A DNA stretch of 64,000 nt from Escherichia phage anhysbys: the sequence record NC_052656.1; one strand, given 5' to 3'. How positions within the stretch are numbered: the stretch's first letter is position 1; every line of letters begins with the position of its first letter. Positions 46,441 through 53,890 of this stretch are shown here, piece after piece. The notes under the pieces were generated by a model. That model did no database searches. It saw only the letters and a list, made by a program, of their open reading frames with translations, and was not told the DNA's origin. Position numbers and translations under genes: made by a program.

Positions 46441-46806
46441 ATGGCTATTAATATTAATGTTTCCGCTTATGCTACCCTGGCTGCCACGGCTAAAATTGAA
46501 TTGTCCAGCATTGAGGCGGTGCACATTAGCGCCCGTCGCTGGTTTCAACAGTCTTACGGTAACACATATTTTTCTTTAATGGTTGACGTTGAGATCGGCG
46601 GTAAACTGATCGAGGTGGTTAACGTTCCGTTTCAATATGGCTATGGTGATCATTTTGATACCGTCGCCCTGGAAGAATTTAGCAAGGTTATTAATATGGA
46701 AGGTAAAGAGTTTTCACGCGGCGCGTATCTTTCCCGTTTTTGCCGTGACAATGGGATCACTGTATACAGTCATGCGAGCGATGTTAAACGTAAAAAAGAT
46801 TTATAA
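46441..46806 (+). CDS. Hypothetical protein (array gene)
   Basis: 121-aa ORF. Confidence 0.5.
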   Translation: MAININVSAYATLAATAKIELSSIEAVHISARRWFQQSYGNTYFSLMVDVEIGGKLIEVVNVPFQYGYGDHFDTVALEEFSKVINMEGKEFSRGAYLSRFCRDNGITVYSHASDVKRKKDL

Positions 46807-46812
46807 AAAGCA

Positions 46813-46871
46813 TTGACAGCACGAATAAAAAGAGTAAACTGTATTACATAGAGAGCGGGAACACTTCCCGC
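46813..46871 (+). promoter_or_regulatory. Promoter-stem-loop cassette
   Basis: TTGACA-16-TAAACT, hairpin gcgggaa-cac-ttcccgc. Confidence 0.55.
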
Positions 46872-46895
46872 CTCACTGAAAAAGAGAGAAAAATC

Positions 46896-47135
46896 ATGGC
46901 TAAATCTAAAATGTACAACGGTCACAAAAACAAAACTCATTGGAATGTAAACCTTTGGATTAATAACGATGAATCGTTATACCGGTTGGCCCAAGATTTT
47001 ATTAACGCTAATGCTAATCGTAATGATGCGGCGCGGGATATGATGCTTTTTCTGGAACAAACTGGACAAGATAAAACGCCAGACGGTTTCAAATATAGCA
47101 CTACTGCGATCCGTGCCGCGATGGTTGGAATGTAA
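46896..47135 (+). CDS. Hypothetical small protein (array gene)
   Basis: 79-aa ORF. Confidence 0.5.
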   Translation: MAKSKMYNGHKNKTHWNVNLWINNDESLYRLAQDFINANANRNDAARDMMLFLEQTGQDKTPDGFKYSTTAIRAAMVGM

Positions 47136-47144
47136 TAAAAACAG

Positions 47145-47203
47145 TTGACAACGTTTAAAATTAGTGTAAGATGTATCACATAGGGCGGGAAGTGGTTTCC
47201 CGC
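47145..47203 (+). promoter_or_regulatory. Promoter-stem-loop cassette
   Basis: TTGACA-16-TAAGAT, hairpin gcgggaa-gtggt-ttcccgc. Confidence 0.6.
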
Positions 47204-47225
47204 CAAAACAGAGAGATTAAAGATT

Positions 47226-47453
47226 ATGGCTATCAATATTGTTCGCGTATCTGGCACCGTTGGCACTTCCCAGGTCATTGCCGTTGTAACAAACAAAAAG
47301 ATTAATGATGTATGTGAGATCTTGAATAAGTGGGCTGTTGCTAATTTTGGGGAATATGCAAGCGTTGAGTACATCGAATCCTACCAGGTGCCAACCATCA
47401 GCCTAACCGATCTCAACGTTGATCGCCTGTTATGCCTGGACGAATTAATCTGA
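47226..47453 (+). CDS. Hypothetical small protein (array gene)
   Basis: 75-aa ORF. Confidence 0.5.
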   Translation: MAINIVRVSGTVGTSQVIAVVTNKKINDVCEILNKWAVANFGEYASVEYIESYQVPTISLTDLNVDRLLCLDELI

Positions 47454-47463
47454 AAAAGATTGT

Positions 47464-47520
47464 TGACACCGGAAAGAAAAAGAGTAAACTGTATTACGTA
47501 GGGCGGCAATGGTGCCGCTC
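47464..47520 (+). promoter_or_regulatory. Promoter-stem-loop cassette
   Basis: TTGACA-16-TAAACT, hairpin gcggca-atgg-tgccgc. Confidence 0.6.
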
Positions 47521-47543
47521 ACAACAGAAGAGAGATTATTACG

Positions 47544-47759
47544 ATGGCCAATATCCGCACACTGTTAAAAAATGCAAGTCAAGTTTTATTTTCAGATGAC
47601 GAGTATTTCAATAAAGACATTACAGGCGTAAAAAATCTTAAAGATGTAAAGGATGTGATAGGTATTCGCGGATCTTTACGTAAAGGTGACTACTACGGCA
47701 ATAAAGTACAATATAAATTAAATCAGTCTTATGATTTTACTTTGACAATTATTTCATAA
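47544..47759 (+). CDS. Hypothetical small protein (array gene)
   Basis: 71-aa ORF. Confidence 0.5.
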   Translation: MANIRTLLKNASQVLFSDDEYFNKDITGVKNLKDVKDVIGIRGSLRKGDYYGNKVQYKLNQSYDFTLTIIS

Positions 47760-47764
47760 AACCG

Positions 47765-47827
47765 CTTGCAATCTTAATAAAATAAAGTAAACTGTATTAC
47801 ATCAAGGCGGCGGAATGGTCCACCGCC
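47765..47827 (+). promoter_or_regulatory. Promoter-stem-loop cassette (TTGCAA -35 variant)
   Basis: TTGCAA-17-TAAACT, hairpin ggcggcgga-atgg-tccaccgcc. Confidence 0.5.
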
Positions 47828-47851
47828 TAACAAAGAGAAGAGGAAAACACC

Positions 47852-48019
47852 ATGATCACTTTCGCTACCCGTGAAGCCGCTCGCAACGTTGCCCGTAAAG
47901 TTAACGCCGCCAACCTGGGCGCTACGTTTAAAGCACCTGTAAAAGATGAATCAGGAAAATGGATCTTCCCTGGTCTGCGTCACGCTGATAAGCTAGGCAC
48001 TTTAAGCCTTAAAAAATAA
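47852..48019 (+). CDS. Hypothetical small basic protein (55 aa)
   Basis: RBS agaggaaaacacc ATG. Confidence 0.4.
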   Translation: MITFATREAARNVARKVNAANLGATFKAPVKDESGKWIFPGLRHADKLGTLSLKK

Positions 48020-48022
48020 TCG

Positions 48023-48060
48023 TTGACTTTTCGTTATAGCGCCTTATAATGGGCGCTATA
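48023..48060 (+). promoter_or_regulatory. Consensus promoter TTGACT-16-TATAAT embedded in a DNA palindrome (operator-like)
   Basis: tatagcgcc TTATAAT gggcgctata inverted repeat brackets the -10. Confidence 0.5.
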
Positions 48061-48093
48061 GAGAAGAGAAACCACTACTGACAAGGAAACACC

Positions 48094-48315
48094 ATGATCA
48101 CTTTCGCTATTGTCGCCGTTGTTGCTGGTCAAGTTTACGTAAACGATACATTCACCACAGAAGACAAGGCCGCAGGAGATATAACCGCCGTTTACAACGA
48201 GTGCAAGGCAGTAGAAAGGATGTTAGCGCCTTGTATGTTAATGAGTGAACGCCAGGACGGGATAACAGTGTTTACTAACATTGAGACAGGGTACCAAATG
48301 GTAGTAACAAAATAA
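48094..48315 (+). CDS. Hypothetical small protein (array gene)
   Basis: 73-aa ORF. Confidence 0.45.
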   Translation: MITFAIVAVVAGQVYVNDTFTTEDKAAGDITAVYNECKAVERMLAPCMLMSERQDGITVFTNIETGYQMVVTK

Positions 48316-48318
48316 AGC

Positions 48319-48375
48319 TTGACACGGATTTAATTTTCAGTAAACTGTTACACGTAGGGCGGGAATAGTTCCCGC
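48319..48375 (+). promoter_or_regulatory. Promoter-stem-loop cassette
   Basis: TTGACA-16-TAAACT, hairpin gcgggaa-tag-ttcccgc. Confidence 0.6.
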
Positions 48376-48393
48376 TAAAAAGAGAGAAAAACC

Positions 48394-48747
48394 ATGAAAG
48401 CACAAAATGCAATTAAAGAGTACATCCTTGCCGCTATCGATTTTAATGATTACGGTATTACAACCGAAAAAGAGAAGATCGCGGAATTGATGCGCCGTTT
48501 TAATTCCGAGTACTGGTACCCTGATAACCAATCACGTTTTAATTATAGTATTGTTAAAGCACTTGCATCATGGTTACAAGGTTTGCCATCAGATATTAAT
48601 ATCGCTTTCGAATATTGGGAAATTGATCGCTTGTTAACATCCTGGGGATACATTAAAGAGAATAGCAGCGATGATAAAATCCAACGAGAAAGGGAAAATT
48701 ATTGGCTTTATATTGCAGGCGTGATCCTTGCTTGCTCTTATGAATGA
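48394..48747 (+). CDS. Hypothetical protein (array gene)
   Basis: 117-aa ORF. Confidence 0.5.
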   Translation: MKAQNAIKEYILAAIDFNDYGITTEKEKIAELMRRFNSEYWYPDNQSRFNYSIVKALASWLQGLPSDINIAFEYWEIDRLLTSWGYIKENSSDDKIQRERENYWLYIAGVILACSYE

Positions 48748-48753
48748 TAAACC

Positions 48754-48806
48754 TTGACAATTTTACAAAACAGTTTAAATTAATAATATAGCGGCAATGG
48801 TGCCGC
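48754..48806 (+). promoter_or_regulatory. Promoter-stem-loop cassette
   Basis: TTGACA, AT-rich -10, hairpin gcggca-atgg-tgccgc. Confidence 0.5.
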
Positions 48807-48826
48807 TCATATAAAGAGGAAACAAA

Positions 48827-48973
48827 ATGAATACATCTAATCGCGCAGAAAAAATCCAATCTTCCAAGATCCGCAAGGCCTGGAACGAGGAAGTGATCCG
48901 CAAAGGCGACAAGCGCAATAAAACAAAGCGCGGGAAGAGTGACAAATATAATTGGATGGATTTAGAGGATTAA
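48827..48973 (+). CDS. Small basic protein (48 aa)
   Basis: RBS aaagaggaaacaaa ATG; followed by terminator. Confidence 0.4.
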   Translation: MNTSNRAEKIQSSKIRKAWNEEVIRKGDKRNKTKRGKSDKYNWMDLED

Positions 48974-48980
48974 CATAACA

Positions 48981-49007
48981 AGGGCGCACCAAGCGCCCTT
49001 TCTTTTT
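48981..49007 (+). terminator. Rho-independent terminator (same sequence as 53865-53890)
   Basis: agggcgc-accaa-gcgccct then tttcttttt. Confidence 0.7.
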
Positions 49008-49028
49008 ACATGTAGAGGATAAACAAAG

Positions 49029-49214
49029 ATGACTTTAAGCGAGCTTAAAACAGCCTACAACGCAACGTTAAAAATAGCCGTGCGTTACCGTGATGCGTAC
49101 GGTTTTATCGCGCAGGGCGTGATCCTGGGCTTTTCTGACGATGGTTTGATCTATGTTGATGCACATTATAACAAGGTAAAACCTGAAAACGTCATTAGCA
49201 TAAAATATCTTTAA
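49029..49214 (+). CDS. Hypothetical small protein (array gene)
   Basis: 61-aa ORF. Confidence 0.45.
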   Translation: MTLSELKTAYNATLKIAVRYRDAYGFIAQGVILGFSDDGLIYVDAHYNKVKPENVISIKYL

Positions 49215-49220
49215 AAGTGG

Positions 49221-49280
49221 TTGACACCATAACCGGACCTGTTAAACTGTATTACATCAGGCGGGGAATAGTTCCCCACC
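49221..49280 (+). promoter_or_regulatory. Promoter-stem-loop cassette
   Basis: TTGACA-16-TAAACT, hairpin ggcggggaa-tag-ttccccacc. Confidence 0.55.
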
Positions 49281-49299
49281 ATACAAAAAGGTAAATATT

Positions 49300-49506
49300 A
49301 TGATCACCGCAAAACAAGAGAAAATCATTATCGACGTTGCAGCCGTTGCCGCTATTGCTATTATTGGATCTTATTATGATACCCGTTTCCCGTCGGCTAT
49401 GCATGAGATCGCCGCCGTTGCATCAGTTGGCGTACTGTTTTACGTTGGTAAACGCTATTTATCACCAATGATTAACAAGCTGACACCGTGGAAAAATAAA
49501 GGTTGA
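49300..49506 (+). CDS. Small membrane protein (array gene)
   Basis: Hydrophobic IIIDVAAVAAIAIIG. Confidence 0.45.
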   Translation: MITAKQEKIIIDVAAVAAIAIIGSYYDTRFPSAMHEIAAVASVGVLFYVGKRYLSPMINKLTPWKNKG

Positions 49507-49558
49507 TCCTGTTTTATATTGTGTTATAGTTATCGTGTAGGGCGGCAATGGTGCCGCG
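49503..49558 (+). promoter_or_regulatory. Promoter-stem-loop cassette (TTGATC -35 variant)
   Basis: TTGATC-16-TGtTATAGT, hairpin gcggca-atgg-tgccgc. Confidence 0.5.
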
Positions 49559-49577
49559 CCCCTTTGAGGATGCAATC

Positions 49578-49862
49578 ATGAGTAAAGCTAACACCGTGCT
49601 AATGTTTTCCCTGATTAATGATCCCGCTTACTTGTCCAACATGACGCAGGAGGGTAACACATTAACGGCAACATTCACCAATAAGCTTGACCGGGTGATC
49701 ATCATCTCACTGAAAACAGTTAGTAAAGGCTTTTACTCGTTAGCTTATCATTGGATCACCGATACCGATGAGACAAGCCAGGACTATAGCGCCCCTTTCC
49801 CTGAATCAATGGCACGGGAGATCATCGCCGCCGTTGTAAATGATGGTTTGTTTACTGCATAA
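49578..49862 (+). CDS. Hypothetical protein (array gene)
   Basis: 94-aa ORF. Confidence 0.5.
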   Translation: MSKANTVLMFSLINDPAYLSNMTQEGNTLTATFTNKLDRVIIISLKTVSKGFYSLAYHWITDTDETSQDYSAPFPESMAREIIAAVVNDGLFTA

Positions 49863-49880
49863 AATAATTTAGAAAAAGGC

Positions 49881-49937
49881 TTGCAATCATTTTGAGATAG
49901 TGTATATTTAATTCATAGGGCGGCGGGAATAGTTCCC
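49881..49937 (+). promoter_or_regulatory. Promoter-stem-loop cassette (degenerate)
   Basis: TTGCAA-16-TATATT, hairpin gggaa-tag-ttccc. Confidence 0.4.
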
Positions 49938-49960
49938 AAAGCAAACGAGAGGATTACACG

Positions 49961-50080
49961 ATGAGCAAGTACACAGTAGAATACACGGTAGAAAATCCGG
50001 CAGTATCCGAAGGTAAAAAGATGACATTTGCCATCAGTATAATCGCTTTCGTTGTCACTATCTTATCAATCATCTTATAA
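49961..50080 (+). CDS. Small membrane peptide (39 aa)
   Basis: RBS gagaggattacacg ATG; hydrophobic C-terminus. Confidence 0.35.
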   Translation: MSKYTVEYTVENPAVSEGKKMTFAISIIAFVVTILSIIL

Positions 50081-50090
50081 GGTGCACACC

Positions 50091-50252
50091 ATGAAAACAA
50101 CAGATATTATCAAAGAGATCGCCCATGCCGCTGGCGTTGAGATCGAGGAAGTGATCGCGCTCAATCTTACAGAAAACGATCTGCGCAACTATGAAGCGGA
50201 AAGCGTGAAAGCAAGCGGCGCGGTCCTGGTATATGATCCGGCTAACAAGTAA
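50091..50252 (+). CDS. Hypothetical small protein
   Basis: 53-aa ORF. Confidence 0.35.
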   Translation: MKTTDIIKEIAHAAGVEIEEVIALNLTENDLRNYEAESVKASGAVLVYDPANK

Positions 50253-50261
50253 GGGGATAAC

Positions 50262-50372
50262 ATGAATCCGAAAGATATGCAAGCATGGAAAGGGTACGAC
50301 GATCTAAGCGCCTTGCGCAATAAGTCAAGCCGTAACCTTAGACGGTTGGAAGCAAAGAAAAAGAAAAAATAG
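50262..50372 (+). CDS. Small basic peptide (36 aa)
   Basis: RBS aaggggataac ATG. Confidence 0.3.
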   Translation: MNPKDMQAWKGYDDLSALRNKSSRNLRRLEAKKKKK

Positions 50373-50373
50373 T

Positions 50374-50430
50374 TTGACAAGTCCGCCTAGTCTGATAATA
50401 TGTATCTTGTAGGGCGGCAATGGTGCCGCT
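50374..50430 (+). promoter_or_regulatory. Promoter-stem-loop cassette
   Basis: TTGACA-16-TGaTAATAT, hairpin gcggca-atgg-tgccgc. Confidence 0.6.
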
Positions 50431-50450
50431 CACAAGAAGAGAGAAAAATC

Positions 50451-50735
50451 ATGAAAATCACAAAAAGCCTAACTAATTATGCAGCACGTCGCGGATTATG
50501 TTTAACCGTTGAAAACTTAGGGAAAGAAGACTTTTTGTGTTTTTGGGAGCTTGAAAATGATTGCGAGTGGATGTTTTCTTATTCTATCTGCGAAGATCAA
50601 AACGGTTGTTTGTTAACCTGGCGCGGTAATATCTATTTACCGGAAGAAATTAAAGAAGAGTTACCAGGTACGATCATGACAGAGAGACAGCTTAAGGAAA
50701 TGATTAATTTTGTAGGGCAAAACATTAAAAAATAA
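50451..50735 (+). CDS. Hypothetical protein (array gene)
   Basis: 94-aa ORF. Confidence 0.5.
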   Translation: MKITKSLTNYAARRGLCLTVENLGKEDFLCFWELENDCEWMFSYSICEDQNGCLLTWRGNIYLPEEIKEELPGTIMTERQLKEMINFVGQNIKK

Positions 50736-50736
50736 T

Positions 50737-50797
50737 TTGACAGCACGCAAACAACGTAGTAAAGTTTACCACATAGGGCGGCGGAATGGTCCACCGC
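50737..50797 (+). promoter_or_regulatory. Promoter-stem-loop cassette
   Basis: TTGACA-17-TAAAGT, hairpin ggcggcgga-atgg-tccaccgc. Confidence 0.55.
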
Positions 50798-50820
50798 TCA
50801 CAACAGAAGAGAAACAAATC

Positions 50821-50991
50821 ATGATCCCGACTATGTTTTATGTATCGCGCAAAGGTCACAATATTTTTTGGTCTGAAGATTTAAATGAAGCTATGACGTT
50901 TGCCCGTGATCGTGTTGCTATCGGTGGCGTTAACATCACCGTAACCGATGAAAATGGCATTGAATACTATAACGGCGACGATGAAGAATAA
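50821..50991 (+). CDS. Hypothetical small protein (array gene)
   Basis: 56-aa ORF. Confidence 0.45.
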   Translation: MIPTMFYVSRKGHNIFWSEDLNEAMTFARDRVAIGGVNITVTDENGIEYYNGDDEE

Positions 50992-50999
50992 TTAATGAG

Positions 51000-51020
51000 G
51001 CGGGGGAGTATTCCCCGCCG
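51000..51020 (+). promoter_or_regulatory. Promoterless intergenic stem-loop of the cassette type
   Basis: ggcggggga-gta-ttccccgcc, no -35/-10 upstream, no U-tract. Confidence 0.4.
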
Positions 51021-51038
51021 TCAATAAAGAGGTAAATC

Positions 51039-51308
51039 ATGAAAATATCATTGGACGTTGCAATCAAGGCCATCGAATCCGGTTACATCCTGGTAAAAGA
51101 TGATAAGGCTAAAATAGTGCATCATGTTAACAAGGAAACAGGCGAAAGCATGATCACATATAAAGCCGCCTACTTTCTCCAATCAGTAGCAGATCCGCGC
51201 GTACAACGCCAGGTTATGGCGGCTATTGCTAAAAAATTATGTGCTTTACAGGGTACAAGTTTTAACGAGATCGCCCCGTGTTTTGAGTGGTCAAGCTTGA
51301 AAAAATAA
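51039..51308 (+). CDS. Hypothetical protein (array gene)
   Basis: 89-aa ORF. Confidence 0.5.
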   Translation: MKISLDVAIKAIESGYILVKDDKAKIVHHVNKETGESMITYKAAYFLQSVADPRVQRQVMAAIAKKLCALQGTSFNEIAPCFEWSSLKK

Positions 51309-51309
51309 T

Positions 51310-51371
51310 TTGACAACAATTATAAATCGGGTAGAATGTATTTCGTAGGGCGGGGCAATAAAGCAACGCCC
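51310..51371 (+). promoter_or_regulatory. Promoter-stem-loop cassette
   Basis: TTGACA-16-TAGAAT, hairpin gggcg...cgccc. Confidence 0.5.
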
Positions 51372-51389
51372 ATTAATGAGGGTAGAATC

Positions 51390-51494
51390 ATGTTAGAGAA
51401 AATTTTCACGGTTGTAATAGTGGGCCTGGCGTTATCGGTTGGAGTGGTTGCAACTATGGCTAACATGATCCTATCTTCCCACGGTATCGGTTAA
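51390..51494 (+). CDS. Small membrane peptide (34 aa)
   Basis: MLEKIFTVVIVGLALSVGVVATMANMILSSHGIG. Confidence 0.35.
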   Translation: MLEKIFTVVIVGLALSVGVVATMANMILSSHGIG

Positions 51495-51504
51495 GGTGAA
51501 ACAA

Positions 51505-51720
51505 ATGATCACGAACAAAACAGGCAAAACGGAATTTTTACGCGGCTTACAAGTTGGTAAGCCTGAGATCTGGCATTGCACGAAGTCCGCGCATAATGAA
51601 ATGAAAGATTTTACCGCTACTTTACAACGTGTTAAAATATCTATCACACAGAAAAAAGCCTTGTTAGTAGTAGAAAACGAGATCCCGCAAACTATTATTA
51701 TTGTCGAGCGTACAGCATGA
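51505..51720 (+). CDS. Hypothetical small protein
   Basis: 71-aa ORF with RBS aaggtgaaacaa. Confidence 0.45.
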   Translation: MITNKTGKTEFLRGLQVGKPEIWHCTKSAHNEMKDFTATLQRVKISITQKKALLVVENEIPQTIIIVERTA

Positions 51721-52103
51721 AAACAGAAATCATTATTGAAATCATCAACGGCTATAAAGAAGCCTTTATTTTTGCTGAATCAGCAAGGGATCATGAAGGT
51801 AATTTTATTGATAACTTAGACGATTATGATTTTTCTCCTAGCGCGGATCAACGGATCGCACAGGATGTAACAGCCTTTATTAATGCTAATCTTGCCGCTA
51901 TCTCTGAGGCAATGAGCGACGGCGCAACAGCCAACCAGATCGGGAATGATTTACATTTTACCCGTAACGGTCACGGCGTAGGCTTTTGGGATCGCCCTGA
52001 AATATACACCACTAACACGGCGAACCGCCTAACCAATGCAGCTAAGTTTATGCCGAACGTGTCGGCTTACGTTGGTGAAGATAATTTTATTTATATTGAA
52101 TAA
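51717..52103 (+). CDS. Hypothetical protein
   Basis: 128-aa ORF, ATGA overlap. Confidence 0.5.
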   Translation: MKTEIIIEIINGYKEAFIFAESARDHEGNFIDNLDDYDFSPSADQRIAQDVTAFINANLAAISEAMSDGATANQIGNDLHFTRNGHGVGFWDRPEIYTTNTANRLTNAAKFMPNVSAYVGEDNFIYIE

Positions 52104-52109
52104 AAAGTA

Positions 52110-52166
52110 TTGACACAGATCGCCAGTGTGCTAATATTTACCACGTAGGGCGGCAATGGTGCCGCT
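52110..52166 (+). promoter_or_regulatory. Promoter-stem-loop cassette
   Basis: TTGACA-16-TGcTAATAT, hairpin gcggca-atgg-tgccgc. Confidence 0.6.
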
Positions 52167-52187
52167 CCCCGAAAAAGGTAAAACATT

Positions 52188-52379
52188 ATGAAAACTATCA
52201 GCTACCTGGAATCGAATAACATGTTTTTTGCGCCCGTTGATGAAATCATCGAAGCATTAAACAACGAGGAAGGGATCAATGGTTTATCTTATAGCCAGCT
52301 TTTAGGAATGGTTGCAGCAAATGAGGAGCTTGCTTACTATGTTGAAAATTTTGATGAAGCTGTAATCTTTACAAAATAA
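52188..52379 (+). CDS. Hypothetical small protein (array gene)
   Basis: 63-aa ORF. Confidence 0.45.
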   Translation: MKTISYLESNNMFFAPVDEIIEALNNEEGINGLSYSQLLGMVAANEELAYYVENFDEAVIFTK

Positions 52380-52382
52380 TCC

Positions 52383-52439
52383 TTGATCTAATCTCTCAGA
52401 TAACTTATATTTAATGCGTAGGGCGGCAATGGTGCCGCC
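52383..52439 (+). promoter_or_regulatory. Promoter-stem-loop cassette (TTGATC -35 variant)
   Basis: TTGATC, TTATAT, hairpin ggcggca-atgg-tgccgcc. Confidence 0.5.
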
Positions 52440-52457
52440 GATAATGAGGAAAACAAA

Positions 52458-52757
52458 ATGGAAACTATCGCTATTGTTACCGTAGAAAAACTGGTTGTTG
52501 GTGATGTATTCGCGTTAATGGTGCCTAACAGCAGCAAGCTGGGCGCTTATGAAGTAATGGATCATAAAAATGAATCATTTGGCGACGGTTGCACAATGGC
52601 GGTAAAATCTTTAAAGGATGGAATCATCCGCCAGGCTAACTGGCACAAAGGGAATCAAGTCGGTTTAATATCAGCTAATTTCTTGCCAGAAGAGCAAACA
52701 TTAGATCAACTATCAGGCGGTAAGACGTTAGCCGAACTACTGGAAACAGCGATCTAA
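52458..52757 (+). CDS. Hypothetical protein (array gene)
   Basis: 99-aa ORF. Confidence 0.5.
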   Translation: METIAIVTVEKLVVGDVFALMVPNSSKLGAYEVMDHKNESFGDGCTMAVKSLKDGIIRQANWHKGNQVGLISANFLPEEQTLDQLSGGKTLAELLETAI

Positions 52758-52765
52758 TCGACAAG

Positions 52766-52781
52766 GGGCGGCAACGCCCCC
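52766..52781 (+). promoter_or_regulatory. Promoterless intergenic stem-loop
   Basis: ggggcg-gcaa-cgcccc. Confidence 0.4.
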
Positions 52782-52810
52782 ATTAAACGCAATAGGAAGA
52801 GGATAGACAC

Positions 52811-53095
52811 ATGAAAAAGATGATCGCAGTAGTTGCCCTGGTTGTTGGTATTAACGCGCCTGTAATGGCGAAAGAGTTGCCAGAATCCATCACGTTAACC
52901 GATATTAACGCAGTGAATCGGATCGGTGTTAATTATCGCCTATGCCTTGCCGCTAAAACTTTCCAGGACGGCACAACAGAGTACTACGGATTCGAGGGTA
53001 TCCGCTGCGGTGAGCTTTCACGCGACCTTAAGGAAGATCCAGACCTTGAGGCCATACCGATGACCGTAAACGGTAAAGCCCACGTAAACCGCTAA
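52811..53095 (+). CDS. Secreted small protein
   Basis: Signal peptide MKKMIAVVALVVGINAPVMA. Confidence 0.5.
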   Translation: MKKMIAVVALVVGINAPVMAKELPESITLTDINAVNRIGVNYRLCLAAKTFQDGTTEYYGFEGIRCGELSRDLKEDPDLEAIPMTVNGKAHVNR

Positions 53096-53097
53096 CC

Positions 53098-53232
53098 ATG
53101 AGAAAGGTAATCATCACAATGGGGATCGTAGTAGCAACGCTGGCGCTTATCCCTTTCATGGTTGAATATGTGCTGATTAATGTTGTCCTGGTAGTCAGTG
53201 ACCTATTGGAAACGGTTGGCACCTGGTTTTAA
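53098..53232 (+). CDS. Small membrane peptide (44 aa)
   Basis: Hydrophobic; followed by weak terminator. Confidence 0.35.
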   Translation: MRKVIITMGIVVATLALIPFMVEYVLINVVLVVSDLLETVGTWF

Positions 53233-53406
53233 GATAATAAATAGGGCTTGCAATAGTCCTATTTTTTGTTATACTTATTGAACGGGCGGCACCTGGGAGC
53301 AGGGGAAGATAATCACCGGAAGACCCCGCTATATATTGATAACTAACGCCTATCAAACAACAAAACATCAAAGGAACAAACTATCAAATCTTTACAATTC
53401 TACCTA

Positions 53407-53467
53407 TTGACACCGGATCACGCTTACATTATTATTTATCACGTAGGGCGAGCAATACAGCAAGCCC
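53407..53467 (+). promoter_or_regulatory. Promoter-stem-loop cassette (degenerate hairpin)
   Basis: TTGACA-17-TATTAT, then gtagggcgagcaatacagcaagccc. Confidence 0.45.
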
Positions 53468-53484
53468 ACAAAGAGGAAAAGAAG

Positions 53485-53853
53485 ATGAGCAAATCAGCAA
53501 TTAAAGCAGTTGAAAAAGCGCAAGAAGTGATCGCAACGTCTACCACTGGCGCAAAGGTTAATCTGATCGGTTATCTGACAGATGAAACTATCCGTAAAAA
53601 TTGGCGTAATGCTGATTTACTGGCTTGCTTATTGATTAATAGTGTCGCTAATGCTTTCCAGTGTGAAACAGCCGAGAGCCTGGAGGAAAACTTGTTTGAT
53701 AATATGGATCAAGCCATTGAAACCTATATACAATCAAACCTGGATAGCTGGAACAGTAAAACATGGCCAGACAGTTTACGCGATACAACTGATCAACTGA
53801 TCCGCCTTGCCGTGATGGTTGAACGCGATAACGTTTACAACAGCACAAAGTAA
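53485..53853 (+). CDS. Hypothetical protein (last array gene)
   Basis: 122-aa ORF with RBS aagaggaaaagaag. Confidence 0.5.
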   Translation: MSKSAIKAVEKAQEVIATSTTGAKVNLIGYLTDETIRKNWRNADLLACLLINSVANAFQCETAESLEENLFDNMDQAIETYIQSNLDSWNSKTWPDSLRDTTDQLIRLAVMVERDNVYNSTK

Positions 53854-53864
53854 GATTATACAAG

Positions 53865-53890
53865 GGGCGCACCAAGCGCCCTTTCTTTTT
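53865..53890 (+). terminator. Rho-independent terminator closing the array
   Basis: gggcgc-accaa-gcgccc then tttcttttt. Confidence 0.7.

Noticed and set aside
44444-47374. Minus-strand ORFs overlapping the small-gene array (e.g. 44444-44713, 45356-45544, 46937-47374)
   Set aside because: Antisense to plus-strand genes that have promoters and RBSs; no signals of their own.
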